NCBI GenBank assembly: GCA_032718475.1
Contig: JAUCBJ010004384.1
Span: 1-45,964, forward strand
DNA length: 45,964 nt
DNA from: Nemertoderma westbladi
Lineage: Eukaryota; Animalia; Xenacoelomorpha
Reading direction: 5' to 3'
In this document: in pieces, positions 25,125-38,097 of the stretch
How the letters are laid out: every line of letters begins with the position of its first letter
How positions within the stretch are numbered: position 1 is the first letter of the stretch
The notes under the pieces: generated by a model
The model's database searches: none
What the model saw: only the letters and a program-made list of their open reading frames with translations
Told to the model about the DNA's origin: nothing
Made by a program: the position numbers and the translations under genes

Positions 25125-26710
25125 CAATTGTTTGCTGACCCACTGTAAACCGACGACCTTATAATGCATTGGCCACTGTTTGCTGCCGACCAGTAAACCG
25201 ACGACCATAATGCACTGGCCACTGTTTGCTGCCGACCAGTTGTTTGCTGCCGACCAGTAAACCGACGACCATTTAATGCACTGGCCACTGTTTGCTGCCG
25301 ACCAGTAAATCGACGACCTTATAATGTACTGGCAACTGTTTGCTGCCGACCAGTAAACCGACGACCATTAATGCACTGGCCACGGTTTGCTGCCGACCAG
25401 TAAACCGACGACCAAATATGCACTGGCCACTGTTTGCTGCCGACCAGTAAACCGACGACCATTTAATGCACTGGCCACTGTTTGCTGCCGACCAGTAAAC
25501 CGACGACCATATAATGCACTGGTCACTGTTTGCTGCCGACCAGTAAACCGACGACCATATAATGCACTGGCCACTGTTTGCTGCCGACCAGTAAACCGAC
25601 GACCATATAATGCACTGGCCACTGTTTGCTGCCGACCAGTAAACCGACGACCATATAATGCATTGGCCACTGTTTGCTGCCGCCCAGTAAACCGACGACC
25701 ATATAATGCACTGGCCACTGTTTGCTGCCGACCAGTAAACCGACGACCATATAATGCACTGGCCAATGTTTGCTGCCGACCAGTAAACCGACGATCATAT
25801 AATGCACTGGCCACTGTTTGCTGCCGACCAGTAAACCGACGACCTTATAATGCACTGGCCACTGTTTGCTGCCGACCAGTAAACCGACGACCATATAATG
25901 CACTGGCCACTGTTTGCTGCCGACCAGTAAACCGACGACCATATAATGCACTGGCCACTGTTTGCTGCCGACCAGTAAACCGACGACCTTATAATGCACT
26001 GGCCACTGTTTGCTGCCGACCAGTAAACCGACGACCATATAATACACTGGCCACTGTTTGCTGCCGACCAGTAAAAAGACGACCATATAATGTACTGGTC
26101 ACTGTTTGCTGCCGACCAGTAAACCGACGACCATATAATGCACTGGCCACTGTTTGCTGCCGACAAGTAAACCGACGGCCTTATAATGCACTGGCCACTG
26201 TTTGCTGCCGACCAGTAAACCGACGACCATATAATGCACTGGCCACTGTTGGCTGCCGACCAGTAAACCGACAACCATATAATGCACTGGCCACTGTTTG
26301 CTGCCGACCAGTAAACCGATGACCATATGCACTGGCCACTGTTTGCTGCCGACCTGTAAACCGACGACCATATAATGCACTGGCCACTGTTTGCTGCCGA
26401 CCAGTAAACCGACGACCATATAATGCACTGGCCACTGTTTGCTGCCGACCAGTAAACCGACGACCATATAATGCACTGGCCACTGTTTGCTGCCGACCAG
26501 TAAACCGACGACCATATAATGCACTGGCCACTGTTTGCTGCCGACCAGTAAACCAACGACCATATAATGCACTGGCCACTGTTTGCTGCCGACCAGTAAA
26601 CCAACGACCATATAATGCACTGGCCACTGTTTGCTGCCGACCAGTAAACCGACGACCATATAATGCACTGGCTACTGTTTGCTGCCAACCATAAACCGAC
26701 GACCATATAA
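25125..26710. repeat. 48-bp minisatellite (GCCGACCAGTAAACCGACGACCATATAATGCACTGGCCACTGTTTGCT), ~33 copies
   Basis: Directly visible. Some units carry frame-breaking indels, so the overlapping ORFs are artefacts. Confidence 0.98.
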
Positions 26711-27663
26711 TATGGTCACATAAAACCAACGAAAAGTGGAAAAAATCTTCTGAGTCGCCAACCACATTCGACGTCAATTAATAATTCTCGAATAGTTATT
26801 TAAACTGTTGGAACACAATTATTGTTACATTATTATATAAATTTATCATCAATCTGGATTTATCCTCGTACCACTTTGCAGCGTTACGGCCTATAGGACG
26901 GAACTTTGTAAAGTAATCACCAACTTAGTAACAAAACACTTCTAGAACTCGTCTTGAATATTCGTCATTGTTGATAGTCATTGTAGGCTAAGTAGGGATG
27001 GCATAACGAAACGAGAAAATAACGTAGCGAAAAAATCTTAAACGAAACTAAATAAAAAATACATGTAAAAAAACGACACGAAATAATTAGTGTTTCGTTT
27101 CGTTAAATTTTTTTCGTTTCATTAAATTAAAAAGTAATTAATCATTACGATCTAAATTTATTAATATATTAAAATAGTACTTTTTTTCCCTAGGAAATAA
27201 AAAGGTAATCAATAGGATTGCATTGATTTTTTCCCGGCGAAAAAAAGTAAAATTAAATATTTTTGGTGGAATTTCTTAAATTGTATTCCATATATTGAAA
27301 GAGCATCGACGTAGAAAAGGTTTGGAAGTCATTTGACCCAAAATGGCTCAAAAGTTATTACAACTTTAGAGTCTGTAAGACGAACTCCAAAACGGAACTC
27401 AATATCCAATATTGGTTTATTTTGTTAATCGGCTCTCTAGTTACGTAATAAATATCCGAGAACACTAAATTATTTAACATTGAGTAAGGCAGCATCAGGA
27501 GTTGAAGAGTACAATAATTAGAATCGCAGTAACTATGGAAGCAAAAATAGTAAAATACTACAGTTCAATTTATTTAGTAACACAACTGTACTGTAGTATA
27601 TCGCTCTATTTTTTATTAAAGAATTGAGCAACAAAAAAGTAACAATTTAGGAATAAAGTTACG

Positions 27664-27796
27664 TATTACATGGGAAAAAAACGTAGAACATCTTTTCCAA
27701 TATTATCTCGACCCTTTATTAACCTCGGTGACGCTCGGTAAATAAAATACCTCGAGAATATTGAAAAAAAAGTTATACTTTTTTCCCATGTAATAA
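27664..27796. repeat. Imperfect palindromic element (~130 bp)
   Basis: TATTACATGGGAAAAAAA...CTCGA / TCGAG...TTTTTTCCCATGTAATA around a central CCTCGGTGACGCTCGG. Confidence 0.75.
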
Positions 27797-28916
27797 ATAA
27801 TTATATTTTGCCGATAATATATTTACTCATGGAAATTCTGCGTAAATTTCCATTATACAAGCCAAACAAAAGGAACATTAGGGAAGAATAAGTTGCAATA
27901 TTAGTTAATGTTCTAGAATGTTCCAAAATGAATTTTGCAATAAGCTGTGATTCAACGGGAAATTAGTAATATTTACACTGGCGTGTTACATATTAATCGC
28001 GATATCTCGGTAACTAGGAAGTCGCATACAGTTTTTAAATATATCAAAAATTGTCCCAAACGGATGCAAAAAATTGTATAATTGCACTTGCACTACAAGT
28101 AAACTTCTTTAATTTCAACTAATGTATTGATTTTATGTAAAATTGATTTGTCTGTTTTTTTTTGTTTAAAACCGTAATTCCAATTATGATATAACAATTA
28201 TTTTTTTTAGGGACGATGTGTTTTTGAGGTCGACTAATCTGATGGGGGAGGTTACATTACACATTGGTAACAAACAACAAGTAATCCGCATAATTTATAT
28301 TCATAGACATGTTTGTGGGACGTGGGTAGAATAAAAAATGGTTCAGGTGAATTAGTTTTGGTTTACTTAGATTTGCCTCTAGGTGACTGGACTTTAGAGA
28401 CAATCAAAAGTCTTATTGTAAAAAGAAGTCTTATTCTAATTTTCCAGTTAAATTTAAAAATGATTTAATTGAGAAATATGCCACTTCAATAGAAACGCAT
28501 GCGCGAAACAATGTTTTTATATAATTAAGTTACGATGCATGCCTATAATTATGATTTCTTCAATTTGTAAAAATATAAGTATCTCATCTTGAAATTATCT
28601 TATTAATAATAGATTAATTTATACTATATTATTATTATACACATTAGGCCTAACAAATCGCATACCGACGCTGTGCGGCACAAACGGAGGTCAAAAGTAG
28701 TTGATACCCGAACTCAAATAATTTGGTACTAATACATACATACCTTACATAGGCCCCCGCCTACTGACATACATTTATACATTATTATTATACACTATAC
28801 ATTAACATTACCCGCCCGATATATACAATAAATTTATACAGATTTACAATTCAATAAATTATTGCTAATTATCTTATGAAAAACGGATAACAAATAAATA
28901 GGCCTACATAAATATA

Positions 28917-29450
28917 TTAACTGTAAAAATCGTAAACCGATTCTGAAGCATTGAGTTTGTTGTCTGACTCAGGATCCGAGCTGTCCCAACCACTGGCGTC
29001 CTGGGAGACACTAAAATCCATCTGTTTATCGTAAATGTAGTCTGGATCCCCAGGGCCCTTCCTATTCTTCTCAAACAACTCTTCCATAATCGCTTTCTTA
29101 AGATCGAGAATTCCATCGTCGACCTTATTGAGGTCCTCATCAGGGTCTATAGATTGCTCCTTTTTCAGTCTTTCCAATGTTTCTACCATTTCAATGCCAT
29201 TAAGGTGGTCCCTTATGATGATCAACATCTTCTCGAGCAGCCACAAAGGTACGTTCTCGAGGTAGCGGGAATGTCTCACGTTGCTCCGAATCTCGAGCGC
29301 AACGGCTTCAATGGAGGAATTCTTATCCAAGTTTCGTACCGGCATCGTTCGCTGACGCGGTCTCGGAGTAGAATCGTCCCTGTAAACAACGATAACAGCC
29401 GGTGGATCGAATCTGATTCCAATCTTGCTAACAGATATAGAAGCCATCAT
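28917..29450 (-). CDS. CEP19: Centrosomal protein of 19 kDa, single exon, 177 aa
   Basis: KIGIRFDPPAVIVVY, RQRTMPVRN, IDPDEDLNK, MEELFEKN...DPDYIYD and a terminal GWD. First ATG at 29450; the ORF track starts at an upstream TTG. Confidence 0.93.
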   Translation of the reverse strand: MMASISVSKIGIRFDPPAVIVVYRDDSTPRPRQRTMPVRNLDKNSSIEAVALEIRSNVRHSRYLENVPLWLLEKMLIIIRDHLNGIEMVETLERLKKEQSIDPDEDLNKVDDGILDLKKAIMEELFEKNRKGPGDPDYIYDKQMDFSVSQDASGWDSSDPESDNKLNASESVYDFYS

Positions 29451-30034
29451 CAGCTGCGACAGTGTGAAGTCCAAAGTCCTTACACGTACCAGCGTACAGC
29501 ATGACAGTTGAAAACAGCAATCAGGCAGTAGTTGACTATTGCTGTATTGGACAAGCTAGTAACTAAGTTGGTACCGGTAGCCTACTGCGGTACTGCGTAA
29601 TACTGTAATATTTATTTTGTACACTAACAGTTTTGCGTCTCGTGTGATAATGTAAACTTATTTAAAAATCGACTTGATTGTGCCATGAAGTCCAAAATGA
29701 ATGTTTATAGTGATATACCAGTTAGACAAGTTGCCACTGCCCAGTTTACATTCCATCGGTACTAGACCGATCCGAAAATATTCAAATTGAGATACAGAGA
29801 AGACTTGTCAGCTTAATTGGTTCTATTTCCCATAATATTAAGTTGTGCCAAGTATGGAATCATAATGTTGAACATGCAAGCTACTGGAGCTAAATGAATT
29901 TTTGACTTATCGCAAAATTTATCGCCCGATGAGCTTGAGCGCGGTTAAGGGACAGTTTTCATGGAATGCATTAGATTTGAAAAATACTGATAACATCATG
30001 TTTGTCATATGTTTATCTTTAATTTTAGGATGGC

Positions 30035-31678
30035 TAAAACGTCTGTCCTTATCTGATCTGATCTGATCTGATCTGACGGTATCTGACACTTGTTCCACCT
30101 TGGTTCAGAGCGCACCTTGGTGTAGTGGTTATATTGAATTCACATCTCTCGGAGGTTGTGGGTTCAACCCCGGCATGGGGCCAAGGTAGTTTTCGTTTCG
30201 GCACGAATGTTTTGAAGGGTTTAGCGAGGCATCTCTGCCTTGCATCCTTAAATGGTAGCTAAATGAGTACTGGACTTTCTGCCTATGTCAGCATGTGAAG
30301 TTTCCCCGGTATTCCCCTTTTAAACCCGGGGGGTGTCAATATAATACTTCCCGCTCTGAAACTAACGATACTAACTAAAATACTAACTGAAACTAACTAA
30401 AAGGAATTCAAATAAAATAAGCTAGAAATTTTAAATTTGTTTTTAGCGGCTGGTGCCAAATTTTGGTGTCGGTCCATGTGAAGAATACCGCCCATGTGAA
30501 GCATACCAGGATTTCACTTTTCGGTTGACTTTTATTGGAATTTTATATTTGAAGGTTTTAATTCTTTTTTAATTTATCTTTATTGAGTGTATTATAGAGC
30601 TTATTTATGTCTTATAACCTGCACATATACTAATTCGTTTATTGTTTTGGTTATATTCAGTGTAACCTGTGTTTTTGGTGAAAACCTGGTATTCTTCACA
30701 TAGGGGTAACTGCAAAGTGAAATAAAACTGCAGAAAGTCTGGTATTCTTCGCCCATGTGAAGAATACAAGGATTTCATTTTTCGGTCGATATTTTTTATT
30801 AAATTTGTCTTTATTAAGTGTTTTATGCGCGTGCGCGATGTCCTTTATTTTTTGAGGGGGATGATCTATTGATCAGTCAGTGGGACGGTTAGTAAGAAGG
30901 TGACCGGTGTAACTGTGTAAACAAGCCGCCGCGGTAACATATTCTACTTTCCCTCAATTGGTAGGTAACAAAATCGTTTATTGTTTTGGTTAGAAAACCC
31001 TGTCTCGGTAACCTGCTCCTTTCCCAATTTGTAGGTAACAACGTCGTTTATTGTTTTGGTTAGAAATTACAGCCGCTGTAACCTGCTCTTTTCCTTCAAT
31101 TGGAAGGTAATAAGTGTTTATAAATTCCCACATTCCCATCCACCTTCCCCTATTCTTTAATAAATAGTAAAATTAATAAATTTCTTAAATTTCATACATA
31201 TTTTAAATGTAATATATTAATAAGAATCATTACCGTACTTAATTAATAATATTAATTATAATTAATATAATTAACTTTAACTATTAATAATGATAACTAT
31301 TAACAAGAAAGATTTACGAGAAAAATATTGCAGCAAATGCTGTATTGTTTTTAATAAAAGTTTAATATTTCAACACCAACTAACAGACTAAATCTACGAC
31401 TTTCATACCCACCATCCTTCATCCTACTGTATATCGCATTTTTAATATATAATAACATGCCTTTGTGCATTTAGATGCATACCGATATGCCTGTACTGCT
31501 ACTTCATATGATGATACTGATACGTAACAGGCAACCTGAAACGTGATCCCCTATTCAGCTATTGGCTATTTACCTAACAGACAGTTAGGTAAATATTATA
31601 TCTCTTTCTCCTGATTGGTTATAGGATCAGATGCTGTCAGATCAGATCAGATCAGATCAGATAAGGACAGATGTTTTA
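30035..31678. mobile_element. Nested non-autonomous element with 52-bp inverted arms containing (ATCTG)n
   Basis: TAAAACGTCTGTCCTTATCTGATCTG...ATCTGA (30035-30086) and its reverse complement at 31627-31678, 3 mismatches. Confidence 0.8.
30108..30400 (+). mobile_element. tRNA-derived SINE
   Basis: A box TGGTGTAGTGG, B box GGTTCAACCCC, non-tRNA body and a (CTAA/CTGAAA)-like simple-repeat tail at ~30355-30400. Confidence 0.65.
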
Positions 31679-32025
31679 TTCTACCTCCTTTAATTTGAAT
31701 GGCTGCTTTAGGGTACTGTACTGTACAGTTGTAGTAATGTAATACCTGTAGGCCTATACAAATGACACTACATGACGCCTATACTGCGCTACTGCACTTC
31801 TGATCCACTCTTGCATTTTGGATGTTCTGCATTCCACTGTCCTACCTACCGGTACCGGTAGGCCTACCCTAAAACACAGGCCTTTGTACTATCTTCTACT
31901 GAGGTAGCCTACTACATACAGTAGGTTTAGTGAGTGATATTCAGTTACTACAGTACTGTACCGGTAGCCTATTATCCAATAATCGAATTTTGAGTTATAT
32001 ATTATAAGGTATAGATTATAATATA

Positions 32026-34347
32026 ATGGCAAGTTGCTACAGTACACGGAAACAACGATCTGAATATCTCCTGATTGGAAAGAGCCTTGATAGTAATTTT
32101 CGAAATTGCCATTTACCATTTAACATTTCTGTTCTTCAAAAAATGGTCTATTTTTGTCGAGAGGAAGGTATTCCCAAGAATAAGTCAGCTGGATTAGTCG
32201 CATCAGAAATCCGGAAAATATGGATGGAGGCAGGTTCTATGTACTATCATAATGAATTGAATGTCCTTGACAAGGTAAGAAAGCTGTATGAGAGGTGGCT
32301 TTCAATTGATAAACAACCACCTGAATGTAGAAAAACTGGCAAAACATTGGAAAGGATAAATAAATTGTCTGAAGAGATGAACAAGCTATTTGATATTTCT
32401 GTTAAGAAACACGATGGTATGCTGCTGCCTGAAGAACGTGAATGGATTCAAAAACTTAGACAGGGAGAAGATCTACCATTTCTGAAATCAAGGGATTTGA
32501 AATACGAAGAGGAAGCTATGAAACAAAAAGACAAACTGGACCGTAAACTTGACAGGGAACGGAAAGAAATGCTTAGAAAGCAAAATGACTTGGACAAAAT
32601 TGTTGAACTTGATATGTCGAGGTCTGCTTCAGAGGATGATAGTACTGACTCTGATGTTGACTATCTTCCACCATCTTCAGCAACATCAAGCAAGAGGTGT
32701 GCCTCAGTGCAACTGATGATGCCACGGAACATAATGAATGACCAGACAGTAGCTCAGACTGCTGATCGCATTGGAATTTCATCTGGAGCTGCAACAGCCT
32801 ACACTGCAGCAATTATCAAGGCCAGTGGAGGTAATCTAGATCAGGTCACACTCAGCAAAAGTAGCACACGAAGTGGCCGGTCAGCATCTCGAGCAGCAAG
32901 GGCCAAATATATCAAGGACTCCTTTGATCCTGGAGAACACAAAATTGCAGTCCACTGGGATGGGAAAAAAATGGCTCATCTGAAATGCTCCCTTACAGAT
33001 GTTGATCGATGTGTTGTAGCCATAACTGGCAGTGGTATCCCAAATGCTGATGGCAGCACAAAGTACACAAAACTGTTGGGAATTGGAGCTGCAAGTACTA
33101 GTTCCTCTCGGGACATTACTTCAATAGTACAACGTTACATTTCTGAATGGAATATCAAAGCCTTGGTAGCATTTCTTGTCTTTGACACGACTAATTCTAA
33201 TTCTGGTTGGCTGGATGGCACCTGTGTACAGCTGGAGAAGTGGTTAGATCGGCGAGTGATATGGCTTGCCTGCCGCCACCACATTGGGGAGGTTATAGTC
33301 AGTGCAGTACACAGCCTGGTATTTGGTGCAACCAGTGGCCCTAGTCCCCGATTCCATGGTAGACTACGAGAACAATGGATAGCCCTAGATCTAACAAAGG
33401 GTCAATGTCTACCTGATACTGATAAATATGTCCAGGAAAGACATGACCTTAAGGAACTGTTGGGCACTATTAACTGCCGTGCCGATTATCGAGAACTTCT
33501 CGTACTTGCCATTTTTCTACTTGGTGGCGAATACCCACATACATTCTATCAGCCTGGTGCTGATTCCAACGCCAGGTGGATGGCCAGCCTGATGTATGCT
33601 TTTAAATTATATATATTCAGAGGTCAACTTCACCAGAAGACACAAGGTAGTATCCATCTTGAGCAGCGACTTGAGCGCTTTGTTCAGTTTGTTGCCAGCA
33701 CATATGTTGGATGGTGGATACGGTGTCCAGTGCTAGTGGATGCTCCCAGAAATGATTTGGAGTTATATTTCAGGGCACTGAATTTATCTGATGTTGAACT
33801 GGGACAAGTGGTAATAAAGAAACTAACTGGCCATCTGTGGTACCTGAGGCAGGAAGTGGTACCTGTTAGTCTGGCAAATGATCGGGTCTCCAATGAACAA
33901 AAGGAGAGGATTGCTATTGCGATGCTCGAAGCTAAACCAAATGATGATCGACGGGATCTTTCTGTGGCAGCAGTGGTCAAGAAAGGAACCAAGATTAGTC
34001 GTGAGGTTCCACCAAACAATGTAAACCTGAACAATGGCACAACTTTGGAGGATCTCATTGGCCCTGATTCATGGCTAATGCCCCAGTTGTTGGGGTTGTC
34101 ATTTGATTGGTTACACCAAAAACCAGCAACTTGGGTACTCTATGATGATTACAATCAATTTTGTTGTATTATCAATGACAAGGATCCCGTGAATGACCTG
34201 TCAGAAAGACTTATCCGTACCCAGGCAATTTACAATGGACTCCTTACTAAGGATGAGAAGGAACATCAAGCTGTACTACAAGTCGTTGAAGACAGTCGCA
34301 AGAAAGTTCCAGATTTTCAAAAGCGTACTCTCAAGAAAAGACTCTGA
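32026..34347 (+). CDS. DDE transposase, 773 aa, intact
   Basis: VHWDGK (D), FDTTNSNSG (D), LACRHH (CxxH), ARWM, HLWYL and VNDLSER (E). No stops; lies inside the TIR/TSD-bounded element. Confidence 0.9.
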   Translation: MASCYSTRKQRSEYLLIGKSLDSNFRNCHLPFNISVLQKMVYFCREEGIPKNKSAGLVASEIRKIWMEAGSMYYHNELNVLDKVRKLYERWLSIDKQPPECRKTGKTLERINKLSEEMNKLFDISVKKHDGMLLPEEREWIQKLRQGEDLPFLKSRDLKYEEEAMKQKDKLDRKLDRERKEMLRKQNDLDKIVELDMSRSASEDDSTDSDVDYLPPSSATSSKRCASVQLMMPRNIMNDQTVAQTADRIGISSGAATAYTAAIIKASGGNLDQVTLSKSSTRSGRSASRAARAKYIKDSFDPGEHKIAVHWDGKKMAHLKCSLTDVDRCVVAITGSGIPNADGSTKYTKLLGIGAASTSSSRDITSIVQRYISEWNIKALVAFLVFDTTNSNSGWLDGTCVQLEKWLDRRVIWLACRHHIGEVIVSAVHSLVFGATSGPSPRFHGRLREQWIALDLTKGQCLPDTDKYVQERHDLKELLGTINCRADYRELLVLAIFLLGGEYPHTFYQPGADSNARWMASLMYAFKLYIFRGQLHQKTQGSIHLEQRLERFVQFVASTYVGWWIRCPVLVDAPRNDLELYFRALNLSDVELGQVVIKKLTGHLWYLRQEVVPVSLANDRVSNEQKERIAIAMLEAKPNDDRRDLSVAAVVKKGTKISREVPPNNVNLNNGTTLEDLIGPDSWLMPQLLGLSFDWLHQKPATWVLYDDYNQFCCIINDKDPVNDLSERLIRTQAIYNGLLTKDEKEHQAVLQVVEDSRKKVPDFQKRTLKKRL

Positions 34348-36599
34348 TGGACCTAGTATAGAAACATATACTGAAATTAATACAGTACTAACTTTGTTGA
34401 GTTGATTAGATCATAGGTAGGTACTATTCTAATAATTGTTCTGATATCTGTTGCATTGTATTTTCTATGTTTTATATACCAGTCCTGCCAAGAATTAAGT
34501 AGTGCTTTCAGAGTTATATACTGGGCGATATGCGATATATGAAATTGCGTTATTATGATATATTAGTAATAGCTTAAAAAGTTACAAAAAGCATATATTT
34601 CAGCCATTCAAATGAAAGCTTATGGCATTATGATCACATTAGTAACATCACATTTTTAAAAAAATGGAACCATAAAAAATTTATCGAATTTCGCGATAAA
34701 CTATACCGGCGCTTGATCCAGTAAACTTTATTAACCCCCAGTAGCCCACATGATAAAGTTATCACGAAACAGCTTATCATTTGGTGGTCAGTGACCAAAT
34801 TGGAACAAATTTCATCAACAAGTCTTCATCATTTTGAAAAAAGTTAAAATTTCAGTGCAGTCTAATCGGTACTTATATTAAATTTTACTTTTGTATCATT
34901 GTAATTACAATTTTTACTTAAAAATATCAGGTTCTTTGTTTTTAACATTTTCATATGAAGTGCGTAGTATTTTTTATTATTTTTATTATTTTTTATTTGT
35001 TTTTTATATTGTTGCACACATCGAAGTTTTTACCGTATCATTATTAACAGAAAAATTTTAATCATAACTTGCCAACTAAATTTTTTAATGTTTATTGTTT
35101 ATTATTGCAATATGTAAAATTATCAACATTGTGATTTTTACTTACAATCTACGTCGTATAATTTTGAACCCCACTATCTGATTATTGTTTATTTATGTTT
35201 GTAATATGTTATACAGTTATATGTTTGTACCTATAATGTATGTAACTTACCTGCAGTACTTTATAAAATAAATATACGCATATGCGTAGAATCCTTATAG
35301 ATTTGCCAATTCATTGTGTTATATAAGGATTTATGTGCTGTATGTATTAATTTTTGTTTGCATTTGGCGTATTAAACTAAACTAAACTAAACTAAACATA
35401 CCCCAGTTCAGTTGGCGTAGTATAATACAGTGTAGAACAGTCAGCCAGTTTAGGTTGACGCCGTCAAACAAATTCTGAAATTGCGTTGTACAAGTACAAT
35501 CTCCTGTTTCCCCGACTGTAAATGCATTCAAAATAAATATAATTGCTATTGAAAAAAATACATAAACGCGGAAAATTAATTTTTATATCAAATCCGATGT
35601 CAAAATTAGTTAGGGCCTAACCATTTTGTGTAATACTGTACTAGGTTATTTAAATTTATGTTCCGTTCTTTTTTTATTTCAATTTTTAAAAGTGTCAACC
35701 TGATTAGGTTGCCAGAACATGGCCTTGATCTTTATCAGAACCATGCATTGAGACATAGAACATCAGCTCAACAGGTACGGTATGGCCGTTAAGGCCACTG
35801 TACTATATAATAATAATCATCAATGATGCTGACGACAGCAGGCAATCATTCCAGGCATGGAGATCGATCAACTTGCTTTGGGCGGAAAAGCCAACCAACC
35901 ACCATAAGGCAGAATCACCAGCATTCTTAATAAATATGTAATAAATACAATGCAGCTGCAATTCAGCATGCCGACCTTAGTACTGTAGTAGCAGTAGTAG
36001 CATCGAGCTAATAATATTTTTAAAACAAGGTACACCCCTAGCGGGGTAAAAGCTAATAATATTTAGTCTATAATTAATACAATTTACCCAGAAGAAATGA
36101 TTCAGTTATTAGCTTTATTTGCGGTGTGTGCGAACGGGTTCCCGTTCCACAATAATTATTTAGCTTTCTTTTGACCTAAACTTTTAAATCGAAACGTCAT
36201 CATAGAGATCATATCTGTAGCGTGAATCATAGTATACTCTATTTCTATTGGATGTTTCCCCATGACAATTGAGCAACATTTTACAGCTGACATTGTACAG
36301 TTGTAGAGGCCAGTTTGTTTATTTACATTACAGCATTACAAGTACAACAGTACTGCAGTATGCTGGTATGGACCGATACCAGCTGACCAGGCAGTCAGAT
36401 TGTATGACACTAACCGTATACAGGAGGTGCTACAGTTACCTACTACAGTATTAAGGCCTATAGGAAAAAGATAGGCGGCTGACCGGTATTGCCAGACTGA
36501 TGGCTGGCTGGATGCCAGATGCTGGAATGCTGTCCCCTATTTTAGTCCTGTAGTCGTAGTCAGTCTGTCTGTCTGTCAGTAACTGCAGTAGTCACTAGC

Positions 36600-37907
36600 C
36601 AGTCGGTGAGAAGTCAAAAATTGGACTTCAAGTCCAATTTTAGACTTCAAGTCCAATTTTGGACTCCAAAGTCCAATATTGGACTTTAGTACAACTCCGA
36701 GTGTACCCATGCTGCCATACTGTACATCGGTATTTAAATCAAAACTGCATCCCGTATCAGTACATATATATTACATAATTACAATGCAACATTATTTTAA
36801 TGATCAAATTAATTATTATATGTATTATAAACAGGCAGACAGGGATCGCACACGTACAGTCAGACATCAGTCAGTCAGTTCAGTAGTTACTTTTTGCGGT
36901 AGTGGTATAGCTTTGCGGTAGCCTTACTGCCTTTGCGGTGTATACCGCGGCAGCGTAGTGGAGTTATAGCTGTATAGTTCATTCATACCCATACTGCCAT
37001 TCCTGTGGTATTTTCGTATGGCAAAAATAAGACTACTGTAAACTGTAACCTATTATGTTATTGAGTTAATGTTTATTGACTAATTGTTTTGATTAGGTTC
37101 ACTGTGTCAAGTTCAAGTACAATGCACACATCTCTGCATCTCCAACCAAACACTATATAACATTGGAGTTGGAGGTGTCTCATTCAGTCATTGGTTCCCC
37201 CAAGCTTGACACTAGAACAAAGCCGCCTCCGCTTTGCAGGACATCGCTTTAAGCCGTGAGGACCAGCCAGTGCACCTCATGGAGTGAATAAGCATGGTGG
37301 ACAGCCCATAACTTTCTTGAGACGCATCTTTCTTACTGTCTTAAAGGACACTGGCCTTGAAGATGCAGATGATCTAGCAAATGTCATGGGCTGATGGGTG
37401 ATAAGGCTGTAAGAGTGTAAGGGAGTTGTGGAGGCGCACTTTTGTCAACAATCCGGCACAGCATTCTTAATACATAATAGGGCCTATATATATAATGCAG
37501 TTGCAATGAATCATGCCGATTGTAGTAGTAGTATGTGGTGAGGTTATAGGGCTCCTTCAATTGGTAAAGTCAAAAGTGGCCGTTTATTATTTAGCTAGAA
37601 AAGCCTGCATCTGTAACCTGTTCCTTTCCCTCAATTGGTTTATGATTATGACGTGTGTTACTTGTTACTTCTGTACTTATTATATGGAGACCCCAACACG
37701 TTAATCAGTTACTAATCCCATTTCATTATCCTGTTATCCAGCCGTTTTATAATACCCTTCCTGTTGTATGGAAAAATTAGAAGAGATGGTGGTAGCATCA
37801 ACTTGTAGTATTTCTTTCTGATAGGGTTCCCATAGCCTTAGACTGCTTGAACTGGAGTCGAAGTCCAATTTTGGACTCAAGTCCAATTTTTGACTTCTCA
37901 CCGACTG
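36600..37907. mobile_element. Non-autonomous DNA transposon, 1308 bp, 29-bp perfect TIR, 5-bp TSD CTAGC
   Basis: CAGTCGGTGAGAAGTCAAAAATTGGACTT at both ends, subterminal AAGTCCAATTTTGGACT repeats, CTAGC at 36595-36599 and 37908-37912. Confidence 0.88.
37095..37535 (+). mobile_element. 3' fragment of the RTE-like LINE, degraded
   Basis: Closely similar to 39320-39690 (e.g. AAGGACACTGGCCTTGAAGATGC, CCGGCACAGCATTCTTAA), with small indels. Confidence 0.9.
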
Positions 37908-38097
37908 CTAGCAGAGTAGTCAAATAGTCTGCTAGTACTGTAGTACCTTCGCTTGCTACCTCCTACCTCTGCAGCTCTGTGCTCTACCCAGCTACTTCCA
38001 GAACTGTAGGTCATGTAGGTAGTGTAAGGCTGTAAGGTAAGGTAGGCTTACTGCATACTGTGTCTGTCTGTCTGTGTACCTGTACCGGTACTGTACC

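Larger units (their letters stand above)
29763..34864 (+). mobile_element. Full-length hAT-superfamily (probably hATm) DNA transposon, 5102 bp, TSD ATCGGTAC
   Basis: 8-bp direct repeat ATCGGTAC at 29755-29762 and 34865-34872. TAGAC...GTCTA termini with long degenerate inverted similarity (GAAGACTTGT, GCTACTGG). Encloses the transposase ORF. Confidence 0.88.

Noticed and set aside
25368-26777. Repetitive ORFs on both strands
   Set aside because: By-products of a 48-bp unit; frameshifting indels within the array.
30108-30185. Functional tRNA gene (also ~11490-11555)
   Set aside because: A and B boxes are present, but I could not build a convincing cloverleaf, and a SINE-like body follows.
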